Shown piece by piece: positions 9,068 to 17,297 of a stretch of DNA of 64,000 nucleotides (its first letter is position 1; each line of letters starts with the position of its first letter). Source of the stretch: Alphaproteobacteria bacterium (GTDB lineage Bacteria; Pseudomonadota; Alphaproteobacteria; UBA828); NCBI GenBank assembly GCA_965220745.1, contig CBDCQT010000013.1:832001-896000 (forward strand), given 5' to 3'. The notes under the pieces are model-generated. The model was not told where the DNA came from. It saw only the letters and a program-made list of their open reading frames with translations, and ran no database searches. The translations under genes and the position numbers were made by a program.

Positions 9068-10618
9068 TCAGTCCTTGCGGATGATCCGCCCCTCGATCTT
9101 CGGCGCGACACTGCCGGCCGCGATGATGTGGTCGATGAGCTGCCCCGCCATGAGCTCGCCGGACGCAGAATCGATCAACACCTCGCCGACCTTGAACACG
9201 CGATAGTCGTCGCCGCCGTTCGCGAGGAAGCTGTTGGTGGCAAGCGTGTAGGCCTTGCCGTCTTCCAGCGGCACCCCGCCCACCGTGACGCTCGTCACCC
9301 GTTCGCCCGGCGGCCGGCGCGCATCGAAGGCGAAGGCGAGGCCCGAGACCTGCGGGAACCGGCCCGAGGGGTTCTCGGCCCGGCTCACGCCATTCTCCAG
9401 CGCCTCCCGCACCTGGGCACCGGTCAGGCGGAGCACCACGGTCTTGTTGCCGAAGGGAAGCTCCGTCAGCACCATCTTGCGAGTAAGCTTGGTGCCGGGC
9501 GGATAGTCCGTGTCGCCGCGAATGCCGCCGCCGTTGGTGAGCGCGATATCGGCGCCGGTCGCCTGCCGCATGGCGTCGGCCAACAGATTGCCGAAGGCGG
9601 TCTCGGCCGATCCGTGCTGGAACCCGCGTGTGCTGAGCTCCACCGCGGTCTCGCCGATCACCACGTCCAGGGTCTCGTCGAGGTTTGCCTGATAGTCGCG
9701 AACCTTGGCGGCGAGTGTGGCATCGCCTTCGGTGTCAGCAGTCGAGCGGAGGCGGAACTCCGGGGTCCAGATCACTTTGGGCGCCCCACCACGCCCCTCG
9801 ACCCGGTCGATCGTGAGCGTCAGCACGCCGACATGGCGGCCTTGGGAACCCGCCTTCATCACCGCCCGGCGGCCGTCATGGTGGGCGAGGAGGAGATGAT
9901 CGTGGCCGCCGAGCACCACGTCGATTCCCTCGACTTGGCGCAGCAGCTCCAGGTCCGCGCCGAGCCCCTGATGAGTCAGCGCGACCACGATGTCGGCGCC
10001 CTCCGCCCTCAACTCTTCGGCCAGCGCGGCGCCCGCTTGCGCCACAGGAGCGAAGGCGACATCGGGGCCGGGACTTGAGATCACGGGTGTTTCCGTCGTG
10101 ACCAGGCCGAGGAAGCCGATGCGGTAGCCGTCCCTCTCCACCATCGTCGTGGCTTCGGCGCCGGGGAAGGCACCGCCCGCGATCGTCACATTGCCCGCGA
10201 GCCAGATGGTTTCGGACTCCGCGAGCCGCTCCTGCAGCACCTCCGGGCCGAAATCGAACTCGTGGTTGCCGAGCACCGCCACGCCGAAGCCGATGGCGTT
10301 GGCGAGGTCGATCATGTGCGCGCCGCCGTCGATCCCGGAGAGGACGGAGGGCGAGATCATGTCGCCGCCGAAGGTGACCAGCGCCAGGCCGCCCTCGGCC
10401 TCGGCCCGCGCGTGCTCTTCCGCCACGACGGCGGCGATCTTCGCAGCCCCGCCTGCGCCGCCGACTCCCGCCATCTGGTCCCAATCGTTAACGTGGACGA
10501 GGGTGAGGCGGAGCGGTGTGGCGAGAGCGGCAGGCGCCATTGCGCCCAGCAAGACGACCAATGCTGCGGCGACTGGTATGGCGCGCGCGAACTCTCTCAG
10601 ACGGCGGCATGTGTGCAT
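9068..10618 (-). CDS. Periplasmic 5'-nucleotidase / UDP-sugar hydrolase
   Basis: HVNDW, GGD, LGNHEFD, LTHQG, GGHDH, NGGGIR, LPFGN and GRFPQVSG motifs. Signal peptide present. Start is 10618 or 10633. Confidence 0.9.
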   Translation of the reverse strand: MHTCRRLREFARAIPVAAALVVLLGAMAPAALATPLRLTLVHVNDWDQMAGVGGAGGAAKIAAVVAEEHARAEAEGGLALVTFGGDMISPSVLSGIDGGAHMIDLANAIGFGVAVLGNHEFDFGPEVLQERLAESETIWLAGNVTIAGGAFPGAEATTMVERDGYRIGFLGLVTTETPVISSPGPDVAFAPVAQAGAALAEELRAEGADIVVALTHQGLGADLELLRQVEGIDVVLGGHDHLLLAHHDGRRAVMKAGSQGRHVGVLTLTIDRVEGRGGAPKVIWTPEFRLRSTADTEGDATLAAKVRDYQANLDETLDVVIGETAVELSTRGFQHGSAETAFGNLLADAMRQATGADIALTNGGGIRGDTDYPPGTKLTRKMVLTELPFGNKTVVLRLTGAQVREALENGVSRAENPSGRFPQVSGLAFAFDARRPPGERVTSVTVGGVPLEDGKAYTLATNSFLANGGDDYRVFKVGEVLIDSASGELMAGQLIDHIIAAGSVAPKIEGRIIRKD

Positions 10619-10718
10619 GGGTCGCTCTCGCATATACCGCTGACGGCGTGAGCCCAGGGTGACGGACCGCCGCGCCGCTGTCACGCTGTCGCCGGTAATC
10701 ATCGCAACAGAGGCCGCA

Positions 10719-11474
10719 ATGCCTCTCTTCCACACCCACATCGTCGTCGACTGGTCGGCGCGGTCGAAGCCGAGTCCCAAGCGGAAGAGCCGGGACTCGA
10801 TCTGGTGGGCCGTTGCTCGTATTGCCCATGGCATCCAGGTGGGGGAGCCGGAATACGTCCGCACCCGCCACGACGCGCTCGACGGGCTCGCCGGTTTGAT
10901 CGCCAGCGAGCTGGACGCTGGCCGGCGGGTGCTGGTGGGCTTCGACTTTCCGTTCGGTTATCCGGCGGGTGTCGCGAAACACTTGGCGGGCGAGGAGTCC
11001 GGCTTGGCCCTTTGGGACTGGCTCGCGGAGCGCATCAAGGACGGTCCCGACAACGCCAACAACCGCTTTGGCGTTGCTGCGTCGATCAACGACACGTGTC
11101 CGGGCCTGGGTCCGTTCTGGGGCCGTCCTGGCACCTGGGATTACCCGACGATTCCGGTGCGGGCATCTGAGCGCACGGAGCAGAAGGCGCACCCGCCGGA
11201 GCGCCGCATCTGCGATGTCCGCGCGAAAGGCGCCAAGACTGTCTGGCAACTGGCCTATTCCGGGTCAGTTGGTTCGCAAATCCTCCTGGGACTGCCAGCG
11301 CTCAAGCGCTTGGTGGAGGACTCGCGCATCCGCGGCCGTGCCGCGATCTGGCCGTTCCAGACCGGCTTGCGGACGCCCGACGCGCCGGCGGTGATCGCCG
11401 AGGTCTATCCCTCGCTTCTCAGGGATGAGGTCCACGCCCTCAGGCGCGATAACGAAATTCCCGACAGCGCCCAA
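10719..11474 (+). pseudogene. 5' part (252 codons) of a conserved hypothetical gene (VVDWSA / GFDFPFGYP / AEVYPSL family), interrupted by the RIT element
   Basis: Reads ...EIPDSAQ up to CCCAA at 11470-11474, then runs into the element's left inverted repeat. Continues in frame at 15186. Confidence 0.85.
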
Positions 11475-11556
11475 TATCGCGACCTCGCAGATATGGCGAG
11501 GACGGGGCGACAGCCCACAGAGCGCCTCCTCTGGCGGCTGGATCGCTCAACATATT
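11470..11556. repeat. Left inverted repeat of the RIT element (87 bp)
   Basis: Reverse complement of 15070-15156. The outer 42 bp (11470-11511 vs 15115-15156) are identical; the inner 45 bp have 7 mismatches. Contains CTCAACATA at 11546-11554. Confidence 0.93.
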
Positions 11557-11601
11557 TCTGGCCTCCTCTCTTGGCTTCGCCAAGAAAAGAGGAGAGCCAT
11601 C

Positions 11602-13158
11602 ATGTCATCAACAACAACGCGCCTGTCCGGGTCTCAGCTCACGCCTGAACCGCATCCCGAGGTATTCGACGAGTATCGCGATCACTTGAGGGGCCTCGGA
11701 TTCACGGAAACGAGCGTCCGGGACCACGGTCGTTTCGTACGGCATTTCCTGATCTGGCTGGACGCAGACGACATTACACTGGATTCGATCGACGGCAATG
11801 TTGTGTCGAGCTTCTTTCGTCACGATTGCGGCTGCGATCTACCCTTCTCCAAGGCAATCCCGTCCGACTCCGGATATTCGGTAGGGCCAGTCACTCGGTT
11901 TGTGCGCTTTCTTGAGGAGACTGGGCGAACCTTCCATCTCGAGGAACTGGACCAAAACCTCGGTCTACTGGATCAGTTTCTACAGCAGTCCCGAGAAAAC
12001 GGATACAGCCACAGGGCACTTAACGTCTTTCGGTCGACAAGCCGCCACTTCATCGTCTGGCTGCACCATTTCCGTATCCCGCTCGGGCAGCTGGACAGTT
12101 CTACTCTGGAGTGCTTTTTCGAACACGACTGCTATTGCGGTCTCCCGGGAATATACACCGGTTGGCGCAAGAAGGAACGTGCCGTCTACCAACCGTCAGG
12201 CCTCACTCGGTTTATCGAGTTCTTGATTGACCGCGGCGAGGTCTCGGACGTCTTTCCATCGCCCACGGTAGCCGACGACGGCCTTGACGAGTTCCGTTCC
12301 TGGCTCCGGCAAAACCGCAACATTGGTGAGAAGACCATACGGCACTACACCGGAACAATAACCTCTCTCCGCCCAGACCTTGCAGAGAATCCCGATCAGT
12401 TTGACGTAACACAGATCCGGAACGCTCTAATGGACAAGCTCGAGAGCGCCTCTATCCGCCAAGCGAAACGAGTAACGTCCACGCTGCGCATGTACCTGCG
12501 GTTTATGGCCTCCACAGGTCGCTGCTCCGCGAGACTGGTGGGTGCTGTTCCGACCGTCGCAGAATGGAGTCAAACCACACTGCCTCGTTACTTGGCGCCT
12601 GAGATAATTGAACGGGCGATAGATTCTTGCGACCGAGCAACAGCGAAGGGGGTGCGCAACCGAGCAATAGTGCTCTTGCTCGCCAGGCTGGGCCTGCGTG
12701 CTGGAGAAGTTTCTCGCTTACGGTTGTGCGATATCGACTGGGAGAACGCACAGCTCCGGATCTGTGGAAAATCGGACAAGGAAACGGCCATTCCACTTCC
12801 GCAGGAGGTTGGAGATGCGTTGCTTGACTATATCACCAATGCCCGACCTCGCGCAGATGAGGAAAGGGTCTTTCTGTCGGTGCTGGCACCGCACCGGCCG
12901 TTCAAGGAATCAAGCGGGATCACCTACGTCGCGCGCGTTGCGCTCGAACGCGCCGGTGTCGATCGCGCCAAGTTCCGGGGCGCACATGTCTTTCGACACA
13001 GCGCGGCTACCAATCTGCTGCGATCCGGCGCATCTCTCCGCTTCGTCGGCTCCTTGCTTCGGCACGAGTCCCTGAAGACCACCGCGCTATACGCAAAAGT
13101 CGATGCGCAGATGCTTCAAGAACTCGCGCAACCATGGATCGGGGGGAATACGAAATGA
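11602..13158 (+). CDS. Tyrosine recombinase (RitA-like, N-terminally extended)
   Basis: AGGAG RBS upstream. Catalytic R-H-R-H-Y set in LGLRAGE, HVFRHS, LLRHES and TALYAK. Confidence 0.92.
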   Translation: MSSTTTRLSGSQLTPEPHPEVFDEYRDHLRGLGFTETSVRDHGRFVRHFLIWLDADDITLDSIDGNVVSSFFRHDCGCDLPFSKAIPSDSGYSVGPVTRFVRFLEETGRTFHLEELDQNLGLLDQFLQQSRENGYSHRALNVFRSTSRHFIVWLHHFRIPLGQLDSSTLECFFEHDCYCGLPGIYTGWRKKERAVYQPSGLTRFIEFLIDRGEVSDVFPSPTVADDGLDEFRSWLRQNRNIGEKTIRHYTGTITSLRPDLAENPDQFDVTQIRNALMDKLESASIRQAKRVTSTLRMYLRFMASTGRCSARLVGAVPTVAEWSQTTLPRYLAPEIIERAIDSCDRATAKGVRNRAIVLLLARLGLRAGEVSRLRLCDIDWENAQLRICGKSDKETAIPLPQEVGDALLDYITNARPRADEERVFLSVLAPHRPFKESSGITYVARVALERAGVDRAKFRGAHVFRHSAATNLLRSGASLRFVGSLLRHESLKTTALYAKVDAQMLQELAQPWIGGNTK

Positions 13159-14072
13159 CCCTCAAGACGCATGTGGAACGCTACATCGAACTCAAACGGC
13201 GCCTTGGCTACAAGTACGACGAAGCGGAAAAGCTGCTGCTCGACTACGCGAACTTTGCAGCGAAACGGAACGAGGACCTCATGCGGGTCGGAACAATGGT
13301 CGATTGGGCGGCCAAAGCGAGTTCACGCAACAGGTCGTGCACCAAGTTGGACGTCGTTCGCATTTTTGCGACGTTCCTACACGGAGAAGACCAACGTCAT
13401 GAGGTTCCGCCGCGCGATGTCTTCGGAAGGAAGACAAAGACAAGACCCCGACCGCATCTGCTGAGTGAAGGTGAGATTCGGCTCGTGATGGACGCCGCGT
13501 TGACACTGCGGCCGTTGGGATCGATCACGCCGCACACTTGGCACTACATGATCGGGCTGATCGCCGTGACGGGTCTACGGGCGTCGGAGGCCCTAAACCT
13601 GCGACTTGCCGATGTTGCTGCGGACAGCCTAACCGTGCAGCAGACAAAGTTCGGGAAGAGCCGGAAGGTTCCGCTGCATGAGGAGACTCGTGCAGCGCTC
13701 GACAACTATCTCGACATGAGAAAACGACTAGGAGGAGTGTACGATCATCTCTTCGTACGGGCGGACGGCAAGCCGCCGACGTATGCCGTCGCGCGCTATG
13801 TGTTCCTCAAACTTCTTCGTCAAACCGGTCTTCGCGCTGGTGGCAACGTGCCGGGCCCGAGCTTGCACAGCTTGCGCCATTCCTTCGCCGTGAGATCGCT
13901 CGAAAACATACCTGATGGCGCCGATCATAGCAGGCACATGCTTGCCCTTTCGGTCTCCCTTGGTCATGCCCAGGTGACCCACACCTACTGGTACATGGAG
14001 GCAACTCCGACCCTGCTCAATCAGATCGCGGAAAAAACAGAAAGTGGATACATAGGGAGGATGAAAAAATGA
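13155..14072 (+). CDS. Tyrosine recombinase (RitB-like)
   Basis: ATGA overlap with the upstream gene. Motifs RRLGYK, TGLRASE, TKFGKSR, HSLRHSFA and LGHAQVTHTYWY. Confidence 0.93.
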   Translation: MTLKTHVERYIELKRRLGYKYDEAEKLLLDYANFAAKRNEDLMRVGTMVDWAAKASSRNRSCTKLDVVRIFATFLHGEDQRHEVPPRDVFGRKTKTRPRPHLLSEGEIRLVMDAALTLRPLGSITPHTWHYMIGLIAVTGLRASEALNLRLADVAADSLTVQQTKFGKSRKVPLHEETRAALDNYLDMRKRLGGVYDHLFVRADGKPPTYAVARYVFLKLLRQTGLRAGGNVPGPSLHSLRHSFAVRSLENIPDGADHSRHMLALSVSLGHAQVTHTYWYMEATPTLLNQIAEKTESGYIGRMKK

Positions 14073-15070
14073 CAGCGCTGGCGACACATCTGAGTGAGTT
14101 CTTGCACCAGCACTTACCGAGAGACAGGCGGGCAAGCAAACATACAGCATCAAGCTATACCGCCACCTTCCGGCTACTAAACAGGTACATTAAGGACCAA
14201 CTCGACGAGGAAGCCTGCTTAGTAGAAATCGAGCAACTTAGCCCACAAACTATCCTGGAGTTCCTTGACTTCCTCGAGCAAGAACGGGGAAGTGGAGTAC
14301 GCACGCGCAATGCAAGGCTCGTCGCTATCAAGTCATTCTTCCGCTACCTGGAATACAAGGCTCCAGCCTGTCTGGAGCAATGCCGGCAGGTTCGTGCAAT
14401 CCCCGAAAAGCGCGCTGACGAGAAGCTGATAGATTGGTTGACCGGTGAAGAAATGGAGGTGCTTCTCGCGGTGCCGGACGTCAATACAATCTCTGGGCTT
14501 CGCGATCGAGCGATGTTGCTACTTGCGTATACGGCTGGCCTGCGCGTCTCTGAGCTCGTGTCGCTAAGGCTCGATGATCTCGATCAGCCTGATCTTGACA
14601 TCGTGCATGTGATGGGAAAGGGACGTCGTGAGCGGATTCTTCCACTCTGGAAGATTACCAAAGAAGCCTTGGCCAGCTGGCTCGACGTCCGAGAGACCGG
14701 TAAAACCGATCACGTTTTTATCAATGCTCGTGGTCGCCCGATAACCCGCCACGGCTTCGCTCATCGCCTGGCGGTACATACCAAGACTGCTCAGCAGCGG
14801 ATGCCGTCGATAGGGAGAAAGAATGTAACTCCGCACTCGCTTCGGCACAGTTGCGCGGTCCTCATACTCGAGGAGACGGACAATATCGGCTTTGTGTCGC
14901 TCTGGCTGGGTCATGCCAGCGCACAGAGCACAGCTATCTATCTGCGAGTGAATCCCAAGAAGGCGTTCGATGGGGTGGCAGGAGACTTGCCGTCAGAGAT
15001 CAGGAAGGGCTCGTTCAAGGGCGCTCGCGATCAACTGGAGCAGATTCTCAAGCACGTACCCTGTCCCTGA
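14069..15070 (+). CDS. Tyrosine recombinase (RitC-like)
   Basis: ATGA overlap. Motifs TRNARLVAIKSFFRY, GLRVSE, GKGRRER, TPHSLRHS and WLGHAS...AIY. Confidence 0.93.
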   Translation: MTALATHLSEFLHQHLPRDRRASKHTASSYTATFRLLNRYIKDQLDEEACLVEIEQLSPQTILEFLDFLEQERGSGVRTRNARLVAIKSFFRYLEYKAPACLEQCRQVRAIPEKRADEKLIDWLTGEEMEVLLAVPDVNTISGLRDRAMLLLAYTAGLRVSELVSLRLDDLDQPDLDIVHVMGKGRRERILPLWKITKEALASWLDVRETGKTDHVFINARGRPITRHGFAHRLAVHTKTAQQRMPSIGRKNVTPHSLRHSCAVLILEETDNIGFVSLWLGHASAQSTAIYLRVNPKKAFDGVAGDLPSEIRKGSFKGARDQLEQILKHVPCP

Positions 15071-15156
15071 ATATGTTGAGCGATTCAGCCTCCGGAGCAG
15101 GCGCTCCGGGGGCCGTCGCCCCGTCCTCGCCATATCTGCGAGGTCGCGATATTGGG
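15070..15156. repeat. Right inverted repeat of the RIT element (87 bp)
   Basis: Pairs with 11470-11556. Contains TATGTTGAG at 15072-15080. Confidence 0.93.
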
Positions 15157-15185
15157 AGCTATGTTGAGCTCAACATAGCTCCCAA
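15152..15185. repeat. Perfect 34-bp palindrome at the right boundary of the RIT element
   Basis: TTGGGAGCTATGTTGAG|CTCAACATAGCTCCCAA, with no spacer; centre between 15168 and 15169. Confidence 0.95.
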
Positions 15186-15362
15186 GTGCGGGTGAACGCG
15201 AAGGCCTTCGCCCGGCTCGATGCCGCCGGCGGGCTCGCGCCCCTCTTCGCCGGCGCTCCCGGCCTCTCTACCGACGAACGCCGCCTCATCCAGACCGAAG
15301 AAGCCTGGATACTCGGCCTCGGCCACGAGGACGCTTTGAAGGGGGCCGTTGACCCGCCATAG
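15186..15362 (+). pseudogene. 3' part (58 codons + stop) of the RIT-interrupted gene
   Basis: Reads VRVNAKAFARLDAAGGLAPLFAGAPGLSTDERRLIQTEEAWILGLGHEDALKGAVDPP*. In frame with 10719-11474 once 11475-15185 is removed. Host-like codon usage resumes here. Confidence 0.85.
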
Positions 15363-15387
15363 AGGGCGGAACCGACCGAGCCGCGCC

Positions 15388-16563
15388 CTAACTCCACAGC
15401 CGGCTGCTGGCGAGGTCCGCACCGGCGCGCAGCGCGCGGAACTTCGCCCAGCAAATGTCCTCCGTCATCATCGCGTTGTCAGTGAAGACGGCGAAGCCGC
15501 AGTCCACGCCGGCGATCACGCGTTCGCGCTCTCCCACCGCGTTTACCGCACGCTGGATGCGCTCGGCCACCACCTCCGGATGCTCCAGGTGCTTGGTCAT
15601 GTTGTCGATCACGCCGGGGATCAGCACCATCGAGTCGGGCGGCGGGTTCTTGCGCACCGTCTCGTACTCGTGCTGATGGCCGGGGTTGGCGAAGGGGATG
15701 TTGAGCGCGCCCACCTTGGCCTCGTAGAGGCGGGGCAGGAGGGGCGCGAGCGGCGTGTCGTCGGCATGCGGCCCGTCCCAGGTGCCCCAGCACACGTGCA
15801 GGCGCACACGCTCGCGCGGCACATCGGCGAGCGCCACGTTGAGCGCCTCGATGTGGTCCTCGACGCTGGCGAGGAAGGCCGCATCCGACGCGTCGCGGAA
15901 GTAGAGATAGCGTTCCATGGCGAGGTCCGGCGCGTCGATCTGCAGCAGGTGACCACGCGAGACGATGAACTCGTATTCCGTCTTCAGCTCCCGCGCGAGC
16001 GCGAAGAGGTAGTCGCGGTCCGACGCATAGTGGGCGTTGTGCATGATGGTCAGAACGCAGCCGGGCGACGCCGCGGTCACGAAGGTCTCGGCGAAGTCCG
16101 CCTCCTGCCCAGCGAGAGCATCGTCGAAGGCATCGCACTCCGCGCGCACGCCGGCGCAGTCGGGATCGTAGCTCAGCTCCGCGATCGCTTGCGGCGCGTT
16201 GACGATGCGCGTGCGTTCCTCCGGGTTGGTGCGGAAGGCCTCGCGGTAGGCCTCCGCGTAGAGGGGGAACTTCTCGAAGTCGAGCAGGTCGTTGCGGCTG
16301 GAGCTCCCGCCGAAGCCGCTCATGCGCTGGGCCGGATAGGTCGAATAGCCGGCGCGGGCCTGCTCGCCGTCCCCGCCGATGTCGATGCCGCTCTCAAGCT
16401 GGCGCGCGACGACGTGCCGGGTGCGCGTGCGGATCGCGGCGTCGAGCACCGCAGGATCGACCGGCTTGCCGTGGTCCTGCCTGATCAGCAGGGCGCTAAG
16501 CTCCGGGTTACGCGCCAGGCTGCCGGCGTGGGTGGTGAGGATCCTAGAGTCGCTGCAACGCAT
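15388..16563 (-). CDS. Cobalamin-independent methionine synthase II family (single-domain MetE-like) protein
   Basis: ILTTHAGSL, GDGEQ, LQIDAPDL, LHVCWG (Zn ligands), PGVID, EHPEVVA and GVDCGF motifs. Confidence 0.88.
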   Translation of the reverse strand: MRCSDSRILTTHAGSLARNPELSALLIRQDHGKPVDPAVLDAAIRTRTRHVVARQLESGIDIGGDGEQARAGYSTYPAQRMSGFGGSSSRNDLLDFEKFPLYAEAYREAFRTNPEERTRIVNAPQAIAELSYDPDCAGVRAECDAFDDALAGQEADFAETFVTAASPGCVLTIMHNAHYASDRDYLFALARELKTEYEFIVSRGHLLQIDAPDLAMERYLYFRDASDAAFLASVEDHIEALNVALADVPRERVRLHVCWGTWDGPHADDTPLAPLLPRLYEAKVGALNIPFANPGHQHEYETVRKNPPPDSMVLIPGVIDNMTKHLEHPEVVAERIQRAVNAVGERERVIAGVDCGFAVFTDNAMMTEDICWAKFRALRAGADLASSRLWS

Positions 16564-16919
16564 GGCACCGGCCCTCCCCGAGGCTCTTGCGCTCTGCCCC
16601 CAATGGTAATCGACCAGTTGCCCCGTCTCCACCACGCCCCGAGTCGCATACGTGGCATGGAAGGTCGGGCCGGTTTTCCCTCTAGAATCAAGACTATTAG
16701 GTGATGAAATTCCCGTGAAATCTTATAGTGTTCCCAAGAGATTACGCTGTAACATGGTTGATATGCCATGATGGCATGCGCTCTTGTTGAAAAGAGAGCA
16801 TTGGTCTTTCCACTTCATATCAATTTAGCATTGGTCGGGCCATTTTCTAAGATGTAATATACATACTAATTTATTTTATACAGTTATTACAACGTGTTAT
16901 ATCGTTATATATGTCAATA

Positions 16920-16933
16920 TTGATATAGTTCAA
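16920..16933. promoter_or_regulatory. Candidate FNR/FixK-type box in AT-rich intergenic DNA
   Basis: TTGATATAGTTCAA, one mismatch to TTGAT-N4-ATCAA. A chance match is possible in AT-rich sequence. Confidence 0.35.
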
Positions 16934-17089
16934 GATCAGCAAAATATATTGATTCGGTGTGCGTTTCTTGCCATTTTGTGCCTGCTTTCGCTCTATCCAG
17001 TGATCCCAGTCTCCGTCGACTTTGACACTGCGATGCTGACGCGCGGTCTCGATTCTCGAGAACGGCACCGGTTGTGAGGTGAGAAGCCC

Positions 17090-17185
17090 ATGAGTGAGTT
17101 CGGAGTACCCGTCTCGTTTAGGCGGAGCAAATGGCTGATTGCAACGGCAATTATCCGCTTCTGCCGTGAGGAGCCGCCTCGATGA
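17090..17185 (+). CDS. Putative 31-aa micro-ORF (MSEFGVPVSFRRSKWLIATAIIRFCREEPPR)
   Basis: GAGGTGA upstream. Its stop overlaps the next ATG (ATGA 17182-17185). Below the ORF-track cutoff. Confidence 0.3.
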   Translation: MSEFGVPVSFRRSKWLIATAIIRFCREEPPR

Positions 17186-17271
17186 TATGGACGTATTCCG
17201 TATTCGCGGCTTGGCTCACGGGCGTGTGCCTCATTCTCGCGGCGCTCCTTCTCTCGACGGCGGGAGCATAG
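17182..17271 (+). CDS. Putative 29-aa single-pass membrane peptide (MIWTYSVFAAWLTGVCLILAALLLSTAGA)
   Basis: GAGGAG at 17168-17173. Fully uncharged, hydrophobic product. Confidence 0.5.
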   Translation: MIWTYSVFAAWLTGVCLILAALLLSTAGA

Positions 17272-17297
17272 GCCGCGTGATGCCCTCGACCCGTACT

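Larger units (their letters stand above)
11470..15185 (+). mobile_element. RIT (Recombinase In Trio) element
   Basis: Three tandem tyrosine recombinase genes with ATGA overlaps, lower GC than the flanks, 87-bp terminal IRs, a CCCAA direct repeat at both ends, and a split host gene. Confidence 0.92.

Noticed and set aside
11475-11648. C-terminus of the 329-aa ORF 10659..11648 (YRDLADMARTG...)
   Set aside because: This is read-through into the RIT left IR. The true C-terminus is at 15186-15362.
16564-16750. Possible cobalamin or SAM riboswitch upstream of the MetE-like gene
   Set aside because: No B12-box or SAM-riboswitch consensus recognisable on the minus strand
16771-16790. TGGCATGCGCTCTTGTT as a sigma-54 promoter
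   Set aside because: No GC dinucleotide at the required spacing after GG
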